From Octopus sinensis (Eukaryota), in NCBI RefSeq assembly GCF_006345805.1, contig NC_043005.1, positions 99,758,001 through 99,822,000 on the forward strand: 64,000 nt of DNA. Reading direction: 5' to 3'. The translations under genes and the position numbers were made by a program. Under the pieces are notes generated by a model, which was not told the origin of the DNA, made no database searches, and saw nothing but the letters and a program-made list of their open reading frames with translations. How positions within the stretch are numbered: position 1 is the first letter of the stretch; each line of letters starts with the position of its first letter. Below, in pieces: positions 48,871 through 62,409 of this stretch.

Positions 48871-49356
48871 TATATGTTTGTGTGTATCTACAGCTATTTG
48901 ATGTTGTTGGTAAAAGGGAAACATCAGTTTTGATAGAAATTACTTTTAGTCTGTCGTTGTAGAGCCAAGTTTCTAGGTGATCTATGCAGGGCTGGATTAG
49001 TTGAGAAGTATCATCTGGAGAAGGGTGGGAGTTTGGAAGTGTGATGTCACCCATGCATGATGCCATCTGCAAGTATGTTGGAGATGTAAGAAAGTCAGAT
49101 ATGTATAAGTTAAGGCGTGTAAGTCAGAAATCTCTGTGGTTCACCACAGAAAATTACAGGTTCTCAAAGTGCTGTTTCTGTAGACTTCATTGGTATTACA
49201 ATATGAGAGATAATTTACTAGTCAGTGTTTTGTATCATTTCTTAAGATAGTATGGTGAGTGTTTTGCATGAGTGGATTGCAAGGAATTGAACTGAAACTT
49301 TTACTGATGTTAGCTGGAGTTAGAATGGTATGGATAGGTGGATTTTTGATGTTTAA

Positions 49357-49574
49357 CCCTTTAATTACTGTATTATTTTGAGATGCTCTGTGTTTCTCTC
49401 AATTATTATAAATATAATAAAGAATTTAGTTAAAATTTATAAATTATCATTAAGCTAGTGTTAGGAACATTAATTATGACTAAGCTTTATAAACATTATA
49501 TTTCAAAACTTATGAAAACAAGACATTTGTACTCAGAGCCAGAGCTGGTTTCAGCTGGGTTGGTAACGAAAGGG
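49357..49574. mobile_element. piggyBac-like MITE
   Basis: TTAA|ccctttaattac ... gtaacgaaaggg|TTTA: CCC..GGG ends, short TIRs and a decayed TTAA target site. Confidence 0.65.
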
Positions 49575-49779
49575 TTTAGTGATGATATATTTTTCTGAGT
49601 TAGGTTTGTGAGTGGTGTAGTAGTTGTGCATAGTGGTCCAAATCCATTTTGCTATGTGGAGTAGAAGATGTGTAGGCTAGTGATGTCTAGTATTAGTCTG
49701 TCTAGAATTTCTGAAGATGATGTATTTGTATAATAGCTAAGGCGGGAGTTTAGAAGCAGTATAATATTGGTTTCAGATT

Positions 49780-49980
49780 TTGGCACAAAGCCAGCAATTT
49801 TGTGGATGGGTTAAGTCAATTACAATGACCCCAGGGCTCGACTGGTGTTTATTTTACCAACTCTGAAAGGATGAAAAGCAAAGTCAACATTGGCAAAATT
49901 TGAACCCAGAACATAAAGATGGATGAAACTATAGCATTTTGCCTGGTGTGCTAATGACTCTGCCAGCATGCTGCCTTTAA
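49780..49980 (-). mobile_element. SINE family B (diverged)
   Basis: ggcacaaagccagcaattt...gaaagcaaagtcaac...gaacccagaac...ctgccagc. Confidence 0.7.
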
Positions 49981-51774
49981 GATGGTATAGTGTTGCTCAA
50001 CGTCTGAGGGTGGGGGAAAGCTCCAAAGGGTTGTTGAAGGAAAGTGGGGCACTGATGGGGTAGCGATTCATGTAAAAACAAACAAAATAATGGATTCATT
50101 AGGTTTAAGTTTTATTTGTGAAATACAGTTGCTTTGAATTTGCTTCAGAAAGAGGTCTGTGTTTGGGGTGGGGTGTTAGGAATGTGGCCTGGGTATCAAG
50201 GGGGCAGCAGCCTGAAAAAGTTTGGGAACTACTGGTCTAGATTCTGAGAATTTGTACTGGAGTACAAACATTTAACACACACACACACATGCATGCATGT
50301 ATATATGTGCATGTACAGGTATGTATGTATATCTGTCGTGGATACAGGAGGGTCAAATGCTTAACAAGTGTGCTTAACAATCGTATGGCCTTAGGTTCAA
50401 CTCCACAGTGTGGCATATTCAACATGTGTCTTGTACCATGCCCTCAGAGCAACGTAAGTCTTGTGAGAGAAAAATGACTCAACAGAAACTGTACTGAAGT
50501 CTGTTGGTTGTATTGTACCCAAGAACTACATTAAGACTTAAAATGTCTCTGGAATACTCAGCCACTTAGAGGTTAACTCAATGAGTAAGTAATTCAGTTG
50601 ACTGAACAACTGAATACTCATAGGTGAATGATAAGAATCTATATGTGGGTGTGTGTGTGTGTGTGTGCACGTGTACACCCTCACAAGCATTCACTCCATG
50701 TTCAGTTGAAAATAAATAACAGAAACCAAATGAGTGAATATATAATTCATTTTACAAAATTTGAAGAAAATGAAGCAAACTAAACAATCAGAAATAAATT
50801 ATCATTATTGTTGTTGTTATTATTATCATTATTATTATTATCATGATTATTATTATTAATATTAGAGATACATCTCCCTTTTCATTTTTGTGCTTTAATG
50901 TTTAATTTACTTTTGGAGCAAATACATGTTCTCTATCTAAATAATGCAGAAATTTTAATCATACAAGACTGGGAGTTTGGCAGAAGAACTTCAGAAATAA
51001 AATATAGCAAATATTTTTCTGAATGGAATTCCAATTTAGAAGAAGAAATTTCAGCATATTTAATAGTTATTGGTAAATTTCTCATTTGCATCTTCATGTT
51101 TCAATCTTCACCAGCAGAAATATATATTTATCATTTTCTCTTCATGGTTGAATAGCTTGGAGATTAGGAAGAGTTATATATTAGGTAGAGAAAGAAAAAA
51201 AACAAAAATAACAGAAGTCAGACCAACAACTACTTGCCTTAACAAATCATTCAAACAGAAATTTATACATTTATCACAAATATGTGTATGGCAATCATCT
51301 ATATATAAATTGCAGAGAAAGCACCCTGGTGGGGAATTTTCTCATCTCATTATTTTAAATTGCCTAATCAATATTGCTACCTTCAGTCATTTCAGTAAAA
51401 CTGTTTTCTACTGAGGAGGTTTGGCCATTGAGAAACGTGTCCAGAAATGTTCCTGTATCTACCAAAGATCAGAATCCATCTCCTTTGTATGCCCCTTACT
51501 TTTGTAATTAATCTGGATTTCAGAGCTAACTCTGTTGTTGGTCTTAACAAGAATCTGCATCAACTGTTGATTTCTCAATTTATTATAGAAGTATATAAAT
51601 GGAATATAATTGTCAGCACCATGTAACAAGAACCTATGCTGGCACCACATAAACAGCACTCATGTTGGCTCCATGTTAAGAGTAACCACATCAAACTGTT
51701 TCAAAGGATACATGTAACTCAAACTAAATGTGTTGAGTGCCCTTCTATTTTGTTTGTCCATTCATTCATATATA

Positions 51775-52260
51775 TCATCATCATCATTTAACGACCGCTT
51801 ATGGGTTGGACGATTTGACTGAGGTCTGGCAAACCAGACTCCAATCTGATCTGGCAGAGTTTTTACAGCTGGATGTCCTTCCTAATGCCAACCACTCCGA
51901 GAGTGTAATTGGTGCTTTTATGTGCCACCGGCACGAGGGCCAGATTGGTGGTACTGGCAACGACCACGCCCAAATGGTGCTTTTTATGTGCCACCTGCAC
52001 AGGAGCCAGTCCAGCAGCATTGGCAACGTCCTCGCTCAAATATTTCACATGCCACCAGCACAAGTGCTAGTAAGGCAACGCGGTAACGATCACACTTGAA
52101 TGGTGTGTTTAACGTGCCATCGGCACGAAGGCCAGCTTGTTGCTCTGGCAACGATCTCACTCGTAATTTGATTTCGACTTCGATTTCACTTGCCTCAACT
52201 GGTCTTCGCAAGCAGAGTTTAGTGTCCAATGAAGAAAAGGCATGCACAAATGGACTGGTT
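51775..52260 (-). mobile_element. RTE 3'UTR fragment with (GAT)n tail
   Basis: (CAT)n, cagctggatgtccttcctaatgccaaccactccgagagtg, gtgccaccggcac repeats, cacttgcctca. Confidence 0.8.
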
Positions 52261-52271
52261 ACACCCCTAGC

Positions 52272-52289
<18 letters not shown>

Positions 52290-52302
<13 letters not shown>

Positions 52303-52470
52303 AATGATATGCTTCTTTCAGTTTCCAGTTACCAATCTCATTTACAAGGCCTTGAACACCCTGGGCTTACAATAGAAGATACTTGTGCAAGATGCCACAC
52401 ATTGATAATTGAACTCAAACCATATGGTTGAGAAACAAAAATTCCATTACCACACAGCTATGCCTGCACC
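52290..52470 (-). mobile_element. SINE family A head fragment
   Basis: cttctttcagtttcc...accacacagctatgcctgc. Confidence 0.65.
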
Positions 52471-52699
52471 TATCACTATCTTTGATGTGTAGTGTATGCA
52501 TGTTTATGTATGAATATGTATATCTGCACCCATATATCACAACAGCCTTATATAGTTAGATATATTAAAATCTCATGAGTATATAAAATATTTACATCAT
52601 GTTTTGTTAATTCTTTTTTGGAATGGTTTGATAGATCTGTAAATTTTAATTTTATGAATTTCTCTGGATTTGTATTTACTGTTATGATCATTAGTCGCA

Positions 52700-52920
52700 T
52701 CCTTTCTAATGCTGGCACAAAACCAGCAAATTTTTTCTCTTTTATTTATTTATTTTTTTTTTATGTGAGGAAGAAAGTTGATGACATTGACTCCAGTAAT
52801 TGACTGGTACTTTAGTTTTATTGACCCCCAAAAGTCTGAAAAGCAAAGTCAACCTCGACTGAAGCTGAACTCAGAATGTAAAGAACCAGAAGAAAGACTG
52901 CTTAGCATTTTTTGTCCAAC
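52700..52920 (-). mobile_element. SINE family B (diverged)
   Basis: ggcacaaaaccagcaaat...gaaaagcaaagtcaacctcg...gaactcagaatg. Confidence 0.7.
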
Positions 52921-53584
52921 AATAATATCAAAACAACAAAGTCAGAGTCCACCAATTCGATTATGTACTTTAGTGTCTTCATAGAAGTTGATTAATTCAG
53001 TAAAGAATCTAGAAGTGGAGATCAAGGGACCATATGTCAGATTTCAGCCTGTAGATTATATCAGAAAGAAGAAAAGTGAAATTTTCTGTTCAACTCTAAC
53101 AAAATACCTGAAGTGTAAAATCAATAATTGTATGATGCATTGTCTCAGTTGACAACATTGCTCAAGGACAGAACAGAGTTTCAGTTATGGAGTTTTTGAA
53201 AACTAATAACTTTCAGGCCCAGAGATTTACATTTAATCCTCTTCTTCACTGGCTGATCGTCTTCATACTCCATGTTGGTGAATCAGAGAAAGTGTAGCAG
53301 GATTGCTTGTTAGCTAACGGCCTGTGCGATGCTTTGTTGAAGTAATTAATAACGAGAAGCAATAAACAAAAACCCAATTTGAATACGCAAGTACAATGAG
53401 CTGGAGAACTGTATTAATGTTGTAGTAAAATATTTAGTGTCCAGGCATGACCACACTTTGAAACTTTGCCAATATATTGATAAAAGATTCAAGCGAGGCC
53501 TACACTATCAAGCAATCATACCATTTCTCTCTAAGTTGCAAAACAATCAAAGCATATATAATGATGACGATGATGATGATGGCT

Positions 53585-53609
53585 AATAAAAATAATGATA
53601 ATAGTAATG

Positions 53610-53670
<61 letters not shown>

Positions 53671-53709
53671 TAACAATAATAATGTAATAACAATAACAAT
53701 AATAATAAC

Positions 53710-53743
<34 letters not shown>

Positions 53744-53760
53744 GTAATGATGAGGACAAT
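53585..53760. repeat. (AAT)n microsatellite
   Basis: Directly visible; gives the poly-N/poly-Y ORFs. Confidence 0.97.
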
Positions 53761-54481
53761 AATGAGTAGGAGGAAGAAGAAAAAATAAGATGAATCTTAT
53801 TTAAAATGTATTCCAGCATCATGTGGTTGGTGAGTTGATGGTTTTATAATGTGATGCTGAGCAGGAAATAGATTAGCATTTTTTTTTTTAGTCAATAAAT
53901 AAAATGAGGTATTCCTGGGTACCTTATGTGTGTGCGTGTGTGTGTGTGTGTGAGCATGTGTGAGTAGCTATGCACTGCTGAATGAGTATGTTTATCTTGT
54001 ATCAATATGGATCTGTGTGGTAGGATGCATCTACATCACTAGGTTTTGTATGTGGGTTGTGTTTGTGTAGACATATGTCAACAACATATCAACTTTGTAT
54101 GTGTGTGTGTATGCATTATTTATGTGTTTGGGTATATGTTTTAGGAGTGCAAATATATGTGTGAGTACATGTGTGCATGCTTTTGTGTTTGCATGTGTGT
54201 GTGTTTGTGCATATATGTATATATGCATATATGTAGTGTGTATATATGTACTTAAGCTTGTGTGTATAAGTATGTATGTGCATGTGTATATGTCATCATC
54301 ATCATTGTTTAACGTCCACCGTCCATGCTGCCATGTGTGTATATGTATGTATATATATGTGTGTCTGTATGCTTGCATGTATCTGTAAGAGATGAATGGA
54401 GCTGCATGTATGAGTATGTGAGAATGTGTGAACTAATGTGCATTTAATTTCCATATTTCTCGGAGTATGAATATATATACA

Positions 54482-54543
<62 letters not shown>

Positions 54544-54719
54544 TGTTAGCAGGCTGTTTTTCATGGAAGTGGATCCTGCAGATGTAAATATGTCTCTATA
54601 CAATTGATTTATACAGGTTTTCTGTGGCAATTTGGGTGTGTTTTCGCCCATGTAAAGAAATATATATATTTGTGCGAGTTATATACATGTTAGTGTTTGT
54701 TACACTGAGATCTGTATAC

Positions 54720-54762
<43 letters not shown>

Positions 54763-55270
54763 ATTCAGACCTGCATATATATATCTATATATATACACAC
54801 ACACACACATATATATATACATACATACACACATACACGTATGCATTTATAATATGTGTGGGTGTAATGCAGAGAATTTAATCATTTTGCTATGAAATCA
54901 ACAAATCAAAGGAATTCGATGAAAAATACAAAGTATTCAAGATTTATTTCATCTTTTCTGACAAAATGCAAATTGTTTCAGCTATAAACAGCTCTTCAGA
55001 GAAACATATTTCTCTGAAGAGTTGTTAATAACCAAAACAATTTGCATTTTGTCAGAACAGATGAAATGGACCTTATGTGTATATGTTGATATATATATAT
55101 ATATTTGTACGTGTATATATATTATACATACATACAAACACACACACATACACATATATATATATATATATATTGCCATTTAGTGCTGTCAGAGAAGAAA
55201 GAGCACTTAGTGCATAGAAGAGATTTGTAACGTGTGTGTGTGCGTGTATATATATATGTATATATATATG

Positions 55271-55333
<63 letters not shown>

Positions 55334-57039
55334 TATATATATATTTATTATCATTATCATTAATATTATTATTATTATTATTATTATTATTTGAGCTGAG
55401 TCAGTCTTTTGCTATTCTGTGCACAAATATGAAATTGAGAGTAGCAAGACAGTGCTTCAGCCAAAATAATGTGTGTGTGTGTGTATTTGCTTTTACATCT
55501 ATTATTACAAATTACATCCTACTCTCTAGAAATGAGTCATATTGGATAATGTATACCTGGGTATGATTCCAATCTGGTGTTAGGGTCCAAATCTGGAAAA
55601 ATAAGTTTACCTCTCAACAGCCACTATTCCTGTCTCTGCCCTCACCTGGGACAGTTGCATCTGCAAAGGTTGCAGAGTAAACTACAGTAATAAATCCAGG
55701 GTTTGTTAACAACAAGTAACCAGCTGTAGTCAAATAATAACTGCTGCCTTGCAGGAGGAATCTAGAATTCCAAAGGTTGTGGGACAGCACCTAAATAGAA
55801 AAAAAGCTGTTGCTTTGCAAGTTAAGGACATCAAAGGCTAAGGGACCCGCCTTATCAGAGTTGCTCCCTTTGTAGACTATCAACAAATTGAGTTGTGATT
55901 ATCTGAGGAAGAAAAAGATACTCTAGGCATAAGATACAGAGAGGATGGTCATGGTTAGAGTGTCCTTGTTCATAGATTTGATCAACCAGAGTTGACCCGA
56001 GGCTGAACAATGACAATTAAAGAGAATAAAGCTTTATCAGCAGATACCACTGTCAGGTGATGATGGACCTTGCATTGATTTTGAAGATGGGCATTGTAGT
56101 TTTTTTAACAATCAAATCAAATACTTGTTGTAGAGAAGTGAAAGTGGTTAATTAATCCATACACACATGTACCTTAACGTCATCCTCAAGTAGAATTAGT
56201 CAGATAAAGCTGATCCTTTGGATTAAAGGTACAATTCACCCAATTGGCTTCTACAAACGTTGAGTTGACCCAAATCTCAAGTTGCTGAATAACAGAATTA
56301 AACCTGGGGCTTAATTATGACAGGGTGAACATTTTAACTAATTAGTCATGCATTTTCTAGGATGCTTTCTCTCTTCCTTGGACCCTCAACTCCTCAAGAG
56401 CTCATAAAGGTGCAGCTGTGATATACTGCATATATTGAAAGTTTTATTCCTGGTGGAGTTCATCCCTTTCCCTATCTGCACACAATCGATTCCCCCAAAG
56501 ACAAAGGATTACCGTGAGTGCTGGAGTGGTTCTATATTGATTTTGAAAGAATGAACAACAAAGTTGGTCTTAGTTGTATTTTAACTTCAAGTGAAGAGAA
56601 ATGGACAGACCATTACAAGAGATGCTGTTCAATGCCCTGCTAACTCTGCAATTACTGACTGCTACAATATATTTAAATGCAGGTGAGTGGATCTTAAACT
56701 TCAGCTATATTGGATCTAATTAGATTCCAAAAATAACAAAAATGATTTCTGATCTGGTGTTCACCTCTTTAATTTGGATGTGTAACAAAAACATACACAA
56801 AGCACAAAATATCTTTACATGCAATAAATTTGCTTCAAAATTCTTCTGCCTACTGTAAATGTTGGCTTTTTCATGAAACCTGATTAGATCACTGCTATGT
56901 ATACAATGTTAAATATTTGCCATCTATGATGACCAGATAACAACAATATATTAGGCAGTATGCTGGAGGTATTGGACAATCTCAGAATTATCTTTCTTAC
57001 ATGTCCTTCATGTAATATCAATACCTATTTTTTTACTAC

Positions 57040-57255
57040 CCACAAGGGGTTAAACACAGAGGGGACGAACAAGGACAGACACACAGATTAAGTTGATTAT
57101 ATCGACCCCAGTGTGTAACTGGTACTTATTTAATCGACCCCGAAAAGATGAAAGGCAAAGTCGACCTTGGCGGAATTTGAACTCAGAACGTAACGGCAGA
57201 CGAAATACGGCTACGCATTTTGCCCCAACGTGCTAACAATTCTGCCAGCTCACCT
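57040..57255 (-). mobile_element. SINE family B (young, 'gtttgtcccctc' tail type)
   Basis: cgaccccgaaaagatgaaaggcaaagtcgaccttggcggaatttgaactcagaacgtaacggcagacgaaatac. Confidence 0.85.
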
Positions 57256-57721
57256 GTAATATCAATACCATCACTAAATCCTTCAAGGCAGTGCCCAAGC
57301 ATGATCACAATCCAATGAAGCAAAACAAGTAAAAGATGAAAGATGGCATTGTCCTGATAATCAAAACACCATTTTAGTGATAATTTTCAAGTCAATTTTC
57401 ATCCCTTGCTGGTTATGTATTCACCATTCAAATATCCGCCTAATTGTTGAAATTGTTGAGAAGAATAGAGACCTGTGATCTGGAAAGTTTTAACATTTCC
57501 AGTTTACTTGTGATATTCATTAAAGTTTTATGAATATTCTATACCTACCATTGTACTAAGTAATATGGTAACACGATTTCAAATATCTTTAGAATCATAA
57601 AAACAATTGACAATGTGATTTAAGCAAGTGGAACCACATAATGACAGAAAATCTTGTCAGGCTGCTAAGTCAAGAAAACAAATGTGTTAGATACATTTAG
57701 ACCAGAGACAGTAGTTTAGAG

Positions 57722-57990
57722 CAGGGTTCTCCAACTACCAGGCTGGGAAACCAGTACTGGACCATGAATCATTTGGTACTGAGCTGCACAGAAAGAATAA
57801 ATGTTTTAATTTTATTTCTATTTTATTGACTATTGCAATCTGCAGGTGTTTTGCATTATTATTTAATAATAACTAATTATAATTAAATTATTCCGTTCAT
57901 GGTGTTTTGTTATGCAATTGATCTCCTGGTCCATGGAAAAATTGTCTGGCACGAAACTGGTTTGTCGTACAAAAAGGGTGAAGACTGTTG
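57722..57990 (+). mobile_element. hAT (Charlie-type, MER1-like) MITE
   Basis: cagggttctccaac...ccagtactggaccatg ... ggtccatggaaaaattgtctggcacgaaactggt...aaaaagggtgaagactg; ends recall the hAT-Charlie MER1 consensus (recalled from memory). Confidence 0.65.
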
Positions 57991-58976
57991 CTTCCGAGAT
58001 TGAAAATTTGCCTTTCTTACTGTGATGGAATCAACCTGCCACAGCTGATGGGAAAGCTGTCTTAGAACATACCCAAAAATGGATGGTGTAAAATTATCAA
58101 ACAAATGAAATGACATTTACAACAATAACAACAACAAAAAAGAAAAAAAAGCTTTAGCAGAACAGGATAATATAAATTATAAATAGAAATTACGCTGTAC
58201 CAGAGTCTTATAACACAATTCACACGACAATAGAAAATAACAAATATCTCTGTGATGTATTTGGTAAATTATTCTCTGAAGGAAGTATACCTTAATTTAT
58301 CATGGACAGCTGCAAATAGGAGAGAAACAATATCAGTGTAACATCTTTCTTTCTCTATCTACCACTCTCCAAAGTACACACTGCTTGTCAATTAATTGAA
58401 TGAATGAATGAAAGAACATTATACTGTATGTAGTTAAACGTAAAGCAATGGATCCATTTATTGATGGAGTCTCTGTGTGCATGTGTTTGTGTTTGTGTGT
58501 GTGTGTGTGTGTTGCATGTATGTGTGTGTGTACTTTCCAAGGCATGGTGCCTTAGTTTGTAATGTCTGTAATTACCCTTCTCCAGTAACATCTCTTTTGT
58601 CTTTTTAGTAATTCACAATAATATTGTTACACCAATCTAGTGTAGCAGTACCACATACCTCCTGGGTGCTGCTGTTACCAAGCACTGATCAAATATGATT
58701 AAGCAGAATTGCAGTATTGAAATATTCATTCAAATATTTGTTGATGACCAACTAATTACAGTGACCAAATATGTGTAAAGAAGTCTGACTCTTGACACAA
58801 GATTAAGTCTCTATATCAAACATTAGCAGAGGAATTCAGAACTTCTATCTTAATATAATTGTGGACATGGACTGGAATAATTAGCATAGAAATAGACAAT
58901 CAATCATTTGTTAGGGATCAATAAATTCATTCTACCAAATATTATCATTTGAACTGTGACTTATGATTTATGAATA

Positions 58977-59163
58977 CTGTATTTTCCAGTATATAAGTTA
59001 AATTATTCTGATCAAATTTTACAGTCAAAAAAGGGTAGGTTGACCTATATACCAAGACGACTTCAGGGGACCAAAAATTCCATGTGAAATTTAGTAGCAT
59101 TAGGAAAGATAGTGATAATGTTTACACTATATACCATGTTGACTTGTATGCTGGAAAATATGG
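58977..59163. mobile_element. Tigger/pogo-type MITE
   Basis: TA|ctgtattttccagtatataagt ... acttgtatgctggaaaatatgg|TA; ~23-bp imperfect TIRs with TA flanks. Confidence 0.7.
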
Positions 59164-61000
59164 TAGCTAATAAAAATAATTGAGATGAACCTCAATTTTG
59201 ATGCTTGAGATTTTGCCAGTTTGTGTGAACTTTTGCCTTCATGTTGCTAGTGTACTAAAATAGTGAAGGCAACCAACTGACCTGCACTAGCAATGATAAT
59301 AACAAATGACAAATTTTATGAATGGGAAATTAAGGATCTTGACTGTACGAAAGGTCCCAGTAAATCACAGATCTTCATTCCATGAAAATGAAAGATCTGA
59401 GTAAATTAGGGATCTAATTCTATTAAAAGTTCTAGTAAAGTGGGGATCATCATTGTGTGAAAGAAAACACAGAGAGGTGGCCAGATTCATTTGTTCTTTT
59501 GTAAACTCAAAGAAATTCATTTGTCTATGAACCTGAATTCAGTTCAGAGAAAACTGGATTTTACTGAGAAGCCAGTGATACTGGATCAAAACAAGTAAAA
59601 AAAAATATTTTGGGAAACTGACACTCGTTGCCATTGGCTGATAGATATTAACCGATTTGTGATAATGATGTAATGACACAGAATGGATAAGCCAAAGCTC
59701 CATAGTATAGTTGGGGTTCAGAAATAAAGGCGCCTTCAATTGTTGTACATTTTATTATGCAGTGACAGATATGACACCAGTCCTTTTATCATTTCATTAT
59801 TCAGAGCTAAAGATCCCACCAGTCATTGTACCATTAGATTAATCAGGATTAATGTGACATCAATCACTGTATCATTAAATTATTCAAAGTCAGGCGTGGC
59901 ATCAATCATTGTATCAAAAGATTTTAGTGGTGTTCTTCACATCAACTTTGATAAGACACAATAGTGGGACGGTAGGTTGATAGATTGCATGTTAAAGTGA
60001 GAATGACTACACTAGTTTATATGATAGGTTGCATGTGTTATTATTTCTAACATCAGTATTTATATATGTACAATATATTGATTGGACTGAAAAACATATA
60101 TGCTCTTGGGAATGTGAGAATTTCAAGTTTTAACTATGTAAAATAGAAATAATATTTTAGCTAGTTATATGATAACTGTTCATAATTGTTATTGGCAGAA
60201 CAAATAGAAAAAGTGAGAATGCCAATCATAGAACTGAGTGACAGAGTTTCATGTAGTGCCTCTGGTCAATCTGCCTTGGAGTTCAATACTTCAGCTTTTT
60301 ATAACTTTTAGCAAAAACTTCTAAAACCTTCAACAAAACTATCTGGTAGGAATTTCCCACAACTTTCTTTCAAGTATACCACAAAACTTTACATACCAGC
60401 TGATACTGATTGATTGAACCACGTTTACACAGTCATTCATGTACCTTGTATCTGGTTTTACCTTTTATGGAATTAGAGAGTTCAACTGTGGTTCTAAACT
60501 AGGAATCGGTATGAGAAGGTACAAAACTAGGGAGAACCTTTGCTACATGGGTATTTAGAGCCAAATATGATGTGAATTAAGAAATATCAGTGTATGACAG
60601 AAAACTTTCAAAGTAAAAGTAAAGTAAATGTTGACTAAGAACATAATCTGATTTTCAATAATAGTTTAGTGTTCTTCTTTTTTGTTTGGTTTAGTGAGTG
60701 GAGTTTGAGTAAGACCAATATCGCCATGACTACTGGAAGAAAGAGGAGAAATTAACTTCAAACCAGAAACTAAGCCAAAATGCTATTAACAGAGTGGACT
60801 TTGCATTTCAACTGGCCATATCTGGTCCAAGTATTCTACCTGTTTTATGTAAAGACCGATCGGATCTGACTTCAGGTACCTATCCTACAATGTCATTCTA
60901 AAAAATGATCCCATCATCAAATTTTTTAAGCTATGAGATAATACATGACTAATTCAAAAGAATGTGAATAAATTAGCATTACATTTGACATAGCCATGTG

Positions 61001-61250
61001 AAGGTACATGTCTCAGTGGTGAGAGAGTTGGGCTCACAATCATGAGGTAGTGAATTTGATTCCCAGACCGGGCTGCATGTTGTGTTCTTGAGCAAAACAC
61101 TTTATTTCACGTTGCTCCAGTTCACTCAGCTGTAGAAATGAATTGTGATGTCCCTGAAGCCAAGCTGTATTGGCCTTTGTCTTTCCATCGGATAACATTG
61201 TTGACACAAAGAGGGGAGGCTGGTATGCATGGGTGACTTCTAGTCTTCCA
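61001..61250 (+). mobile_element. tRNA-derived SINE with CORE-like domain (family E)
   Basis: ctcagtggtgagagagttgggctcacaatcatgagg..gattccc head; cttgagcaaaacactttatttcacgttgctccagttcactcagctgtagaaatg. Confidence 0.55.
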
Positions 61251-61459
61251 CAACTTTCTAGGTACAATCCCATGATCATTCATGACCAAAGAGTGTGGAG
61301 ATCTTTACTATTTTCAAATTTGACAGAGCAATCTGTCTGGGATCAAGTTAAGTAATAAGTCTACCACACAAAAGCAGAGACAGTTCTTCTGATAAAGTTT
61401 CCACTTGATTTCTGTCTTTCCAGTTTGATCCATGAGTCTTGGGTTGATCTGAGGCTATA

Positions 61460-61690
61460 CTGGCTTCAACTTTTGGCACAGGGGCACCAGTAGAATTTCT
61501 ATTTTTTTTTTTTTGAGGTGAGGGAGAAGTTAATTAGGCTGACCCTGGTACTTAATTACTACTTATTTTATAGACACCCAAAAGGATGAAAGACAAAGTT
61601 AACTTCAGTGGAATTTTAAACTCAGAACATAAAGATGAACGAAATGCCACTAAGCATTTTGCCTGTTCTGCCAGCTCATACCTTGCCTGA
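61460..61690 (-). mobile_element. SINE family B (diverged)
   Basis: aaggatgaaagacaaagttaacttcagtggaattttaaactcagaac...ctgccagctc. Confidence 0.7.
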
Positions 61691-62188
61691 TGCTATAATA
61701 AAGAATATGTTGCTAAGCTGTGGGATTGAACCAGTGAATCATGTAGTTGTTAGGTAAAATTCTTAATCACAGAGCCAGTGACTGCACAGTGAGGTCGATG
61801 TACTGACACAAAGTGGAATAAAACTTGAATGTTATTTGAAAACTACCTCATCATGAAGGGGTTAAAAAGCAGTGAGAAATGAAAAGTGTGAGAAAGAATG
61901 AGTTATATATATATATATATATATATAGGCACAGGTGTGGATGTGTGGTAAGAAGCTTGCTTCTCAACCACGTGCTTCTGGGTTCAGTCCCAAACCATGG
62001 CACCTTGGGCAAGTGTCTTCTACTATAGCCTTGAGCTGACAAAAGCCTTGTGAGTGGATTTGGTAGATAAAAATTGAAAGAAGCTTGTTTTATATATATA
62101 TATATATATATATTAGAGAAAATGAGATAGCAAAGCCAAGGCTGTGAGTAGTTTTTAGGACATTTATAAGGAAAAAGATATGGATATA

Positions 62189-62227
62189 GTCTTACAGCTG
62201 TTTCTGAGATATCCCTTCATCAGAAAC
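62189..62227 (-). ncRNA. Minimal type I hammerhead ribozyme (same family as 19280)
   Basis: Minus strand: guuu-CUGAUGA-a GGGAUAUCUC a-GAAA-C AGCU G-UA/agac; flank 62112-62188 is homologous to 19328-19390. Confidence 0.75.
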
Positions 62228-62353
62228 GATGTGAGATGGTTAAATAGAGGTAAATATTTGAGTGTGAAATAAGAAGAGTTAAACATGGTCTGTCTATAAC
62301 ACTTACTTAGCCTAACCTGCCACTCTTGGTTCTGTTAGATACCGATACCTCTC

Positions 62354-62401
<48 letters not shown>

Positions 62402-62409
<8 letters not shown>

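Noticed and set aside
51459-51700. Minus-strand exon-like segment (acceptor near 51695, gtaagg donor near 51499)
   Set aside because: All three frames contain a stop between the splice sites.
59500-59990. Minus-strand frame with several TGA codons, suggesting a mitochondrial insertion (NUMT)
   Set aside because: It also has TAA stops and no resemblance to any mitochondrial protein.
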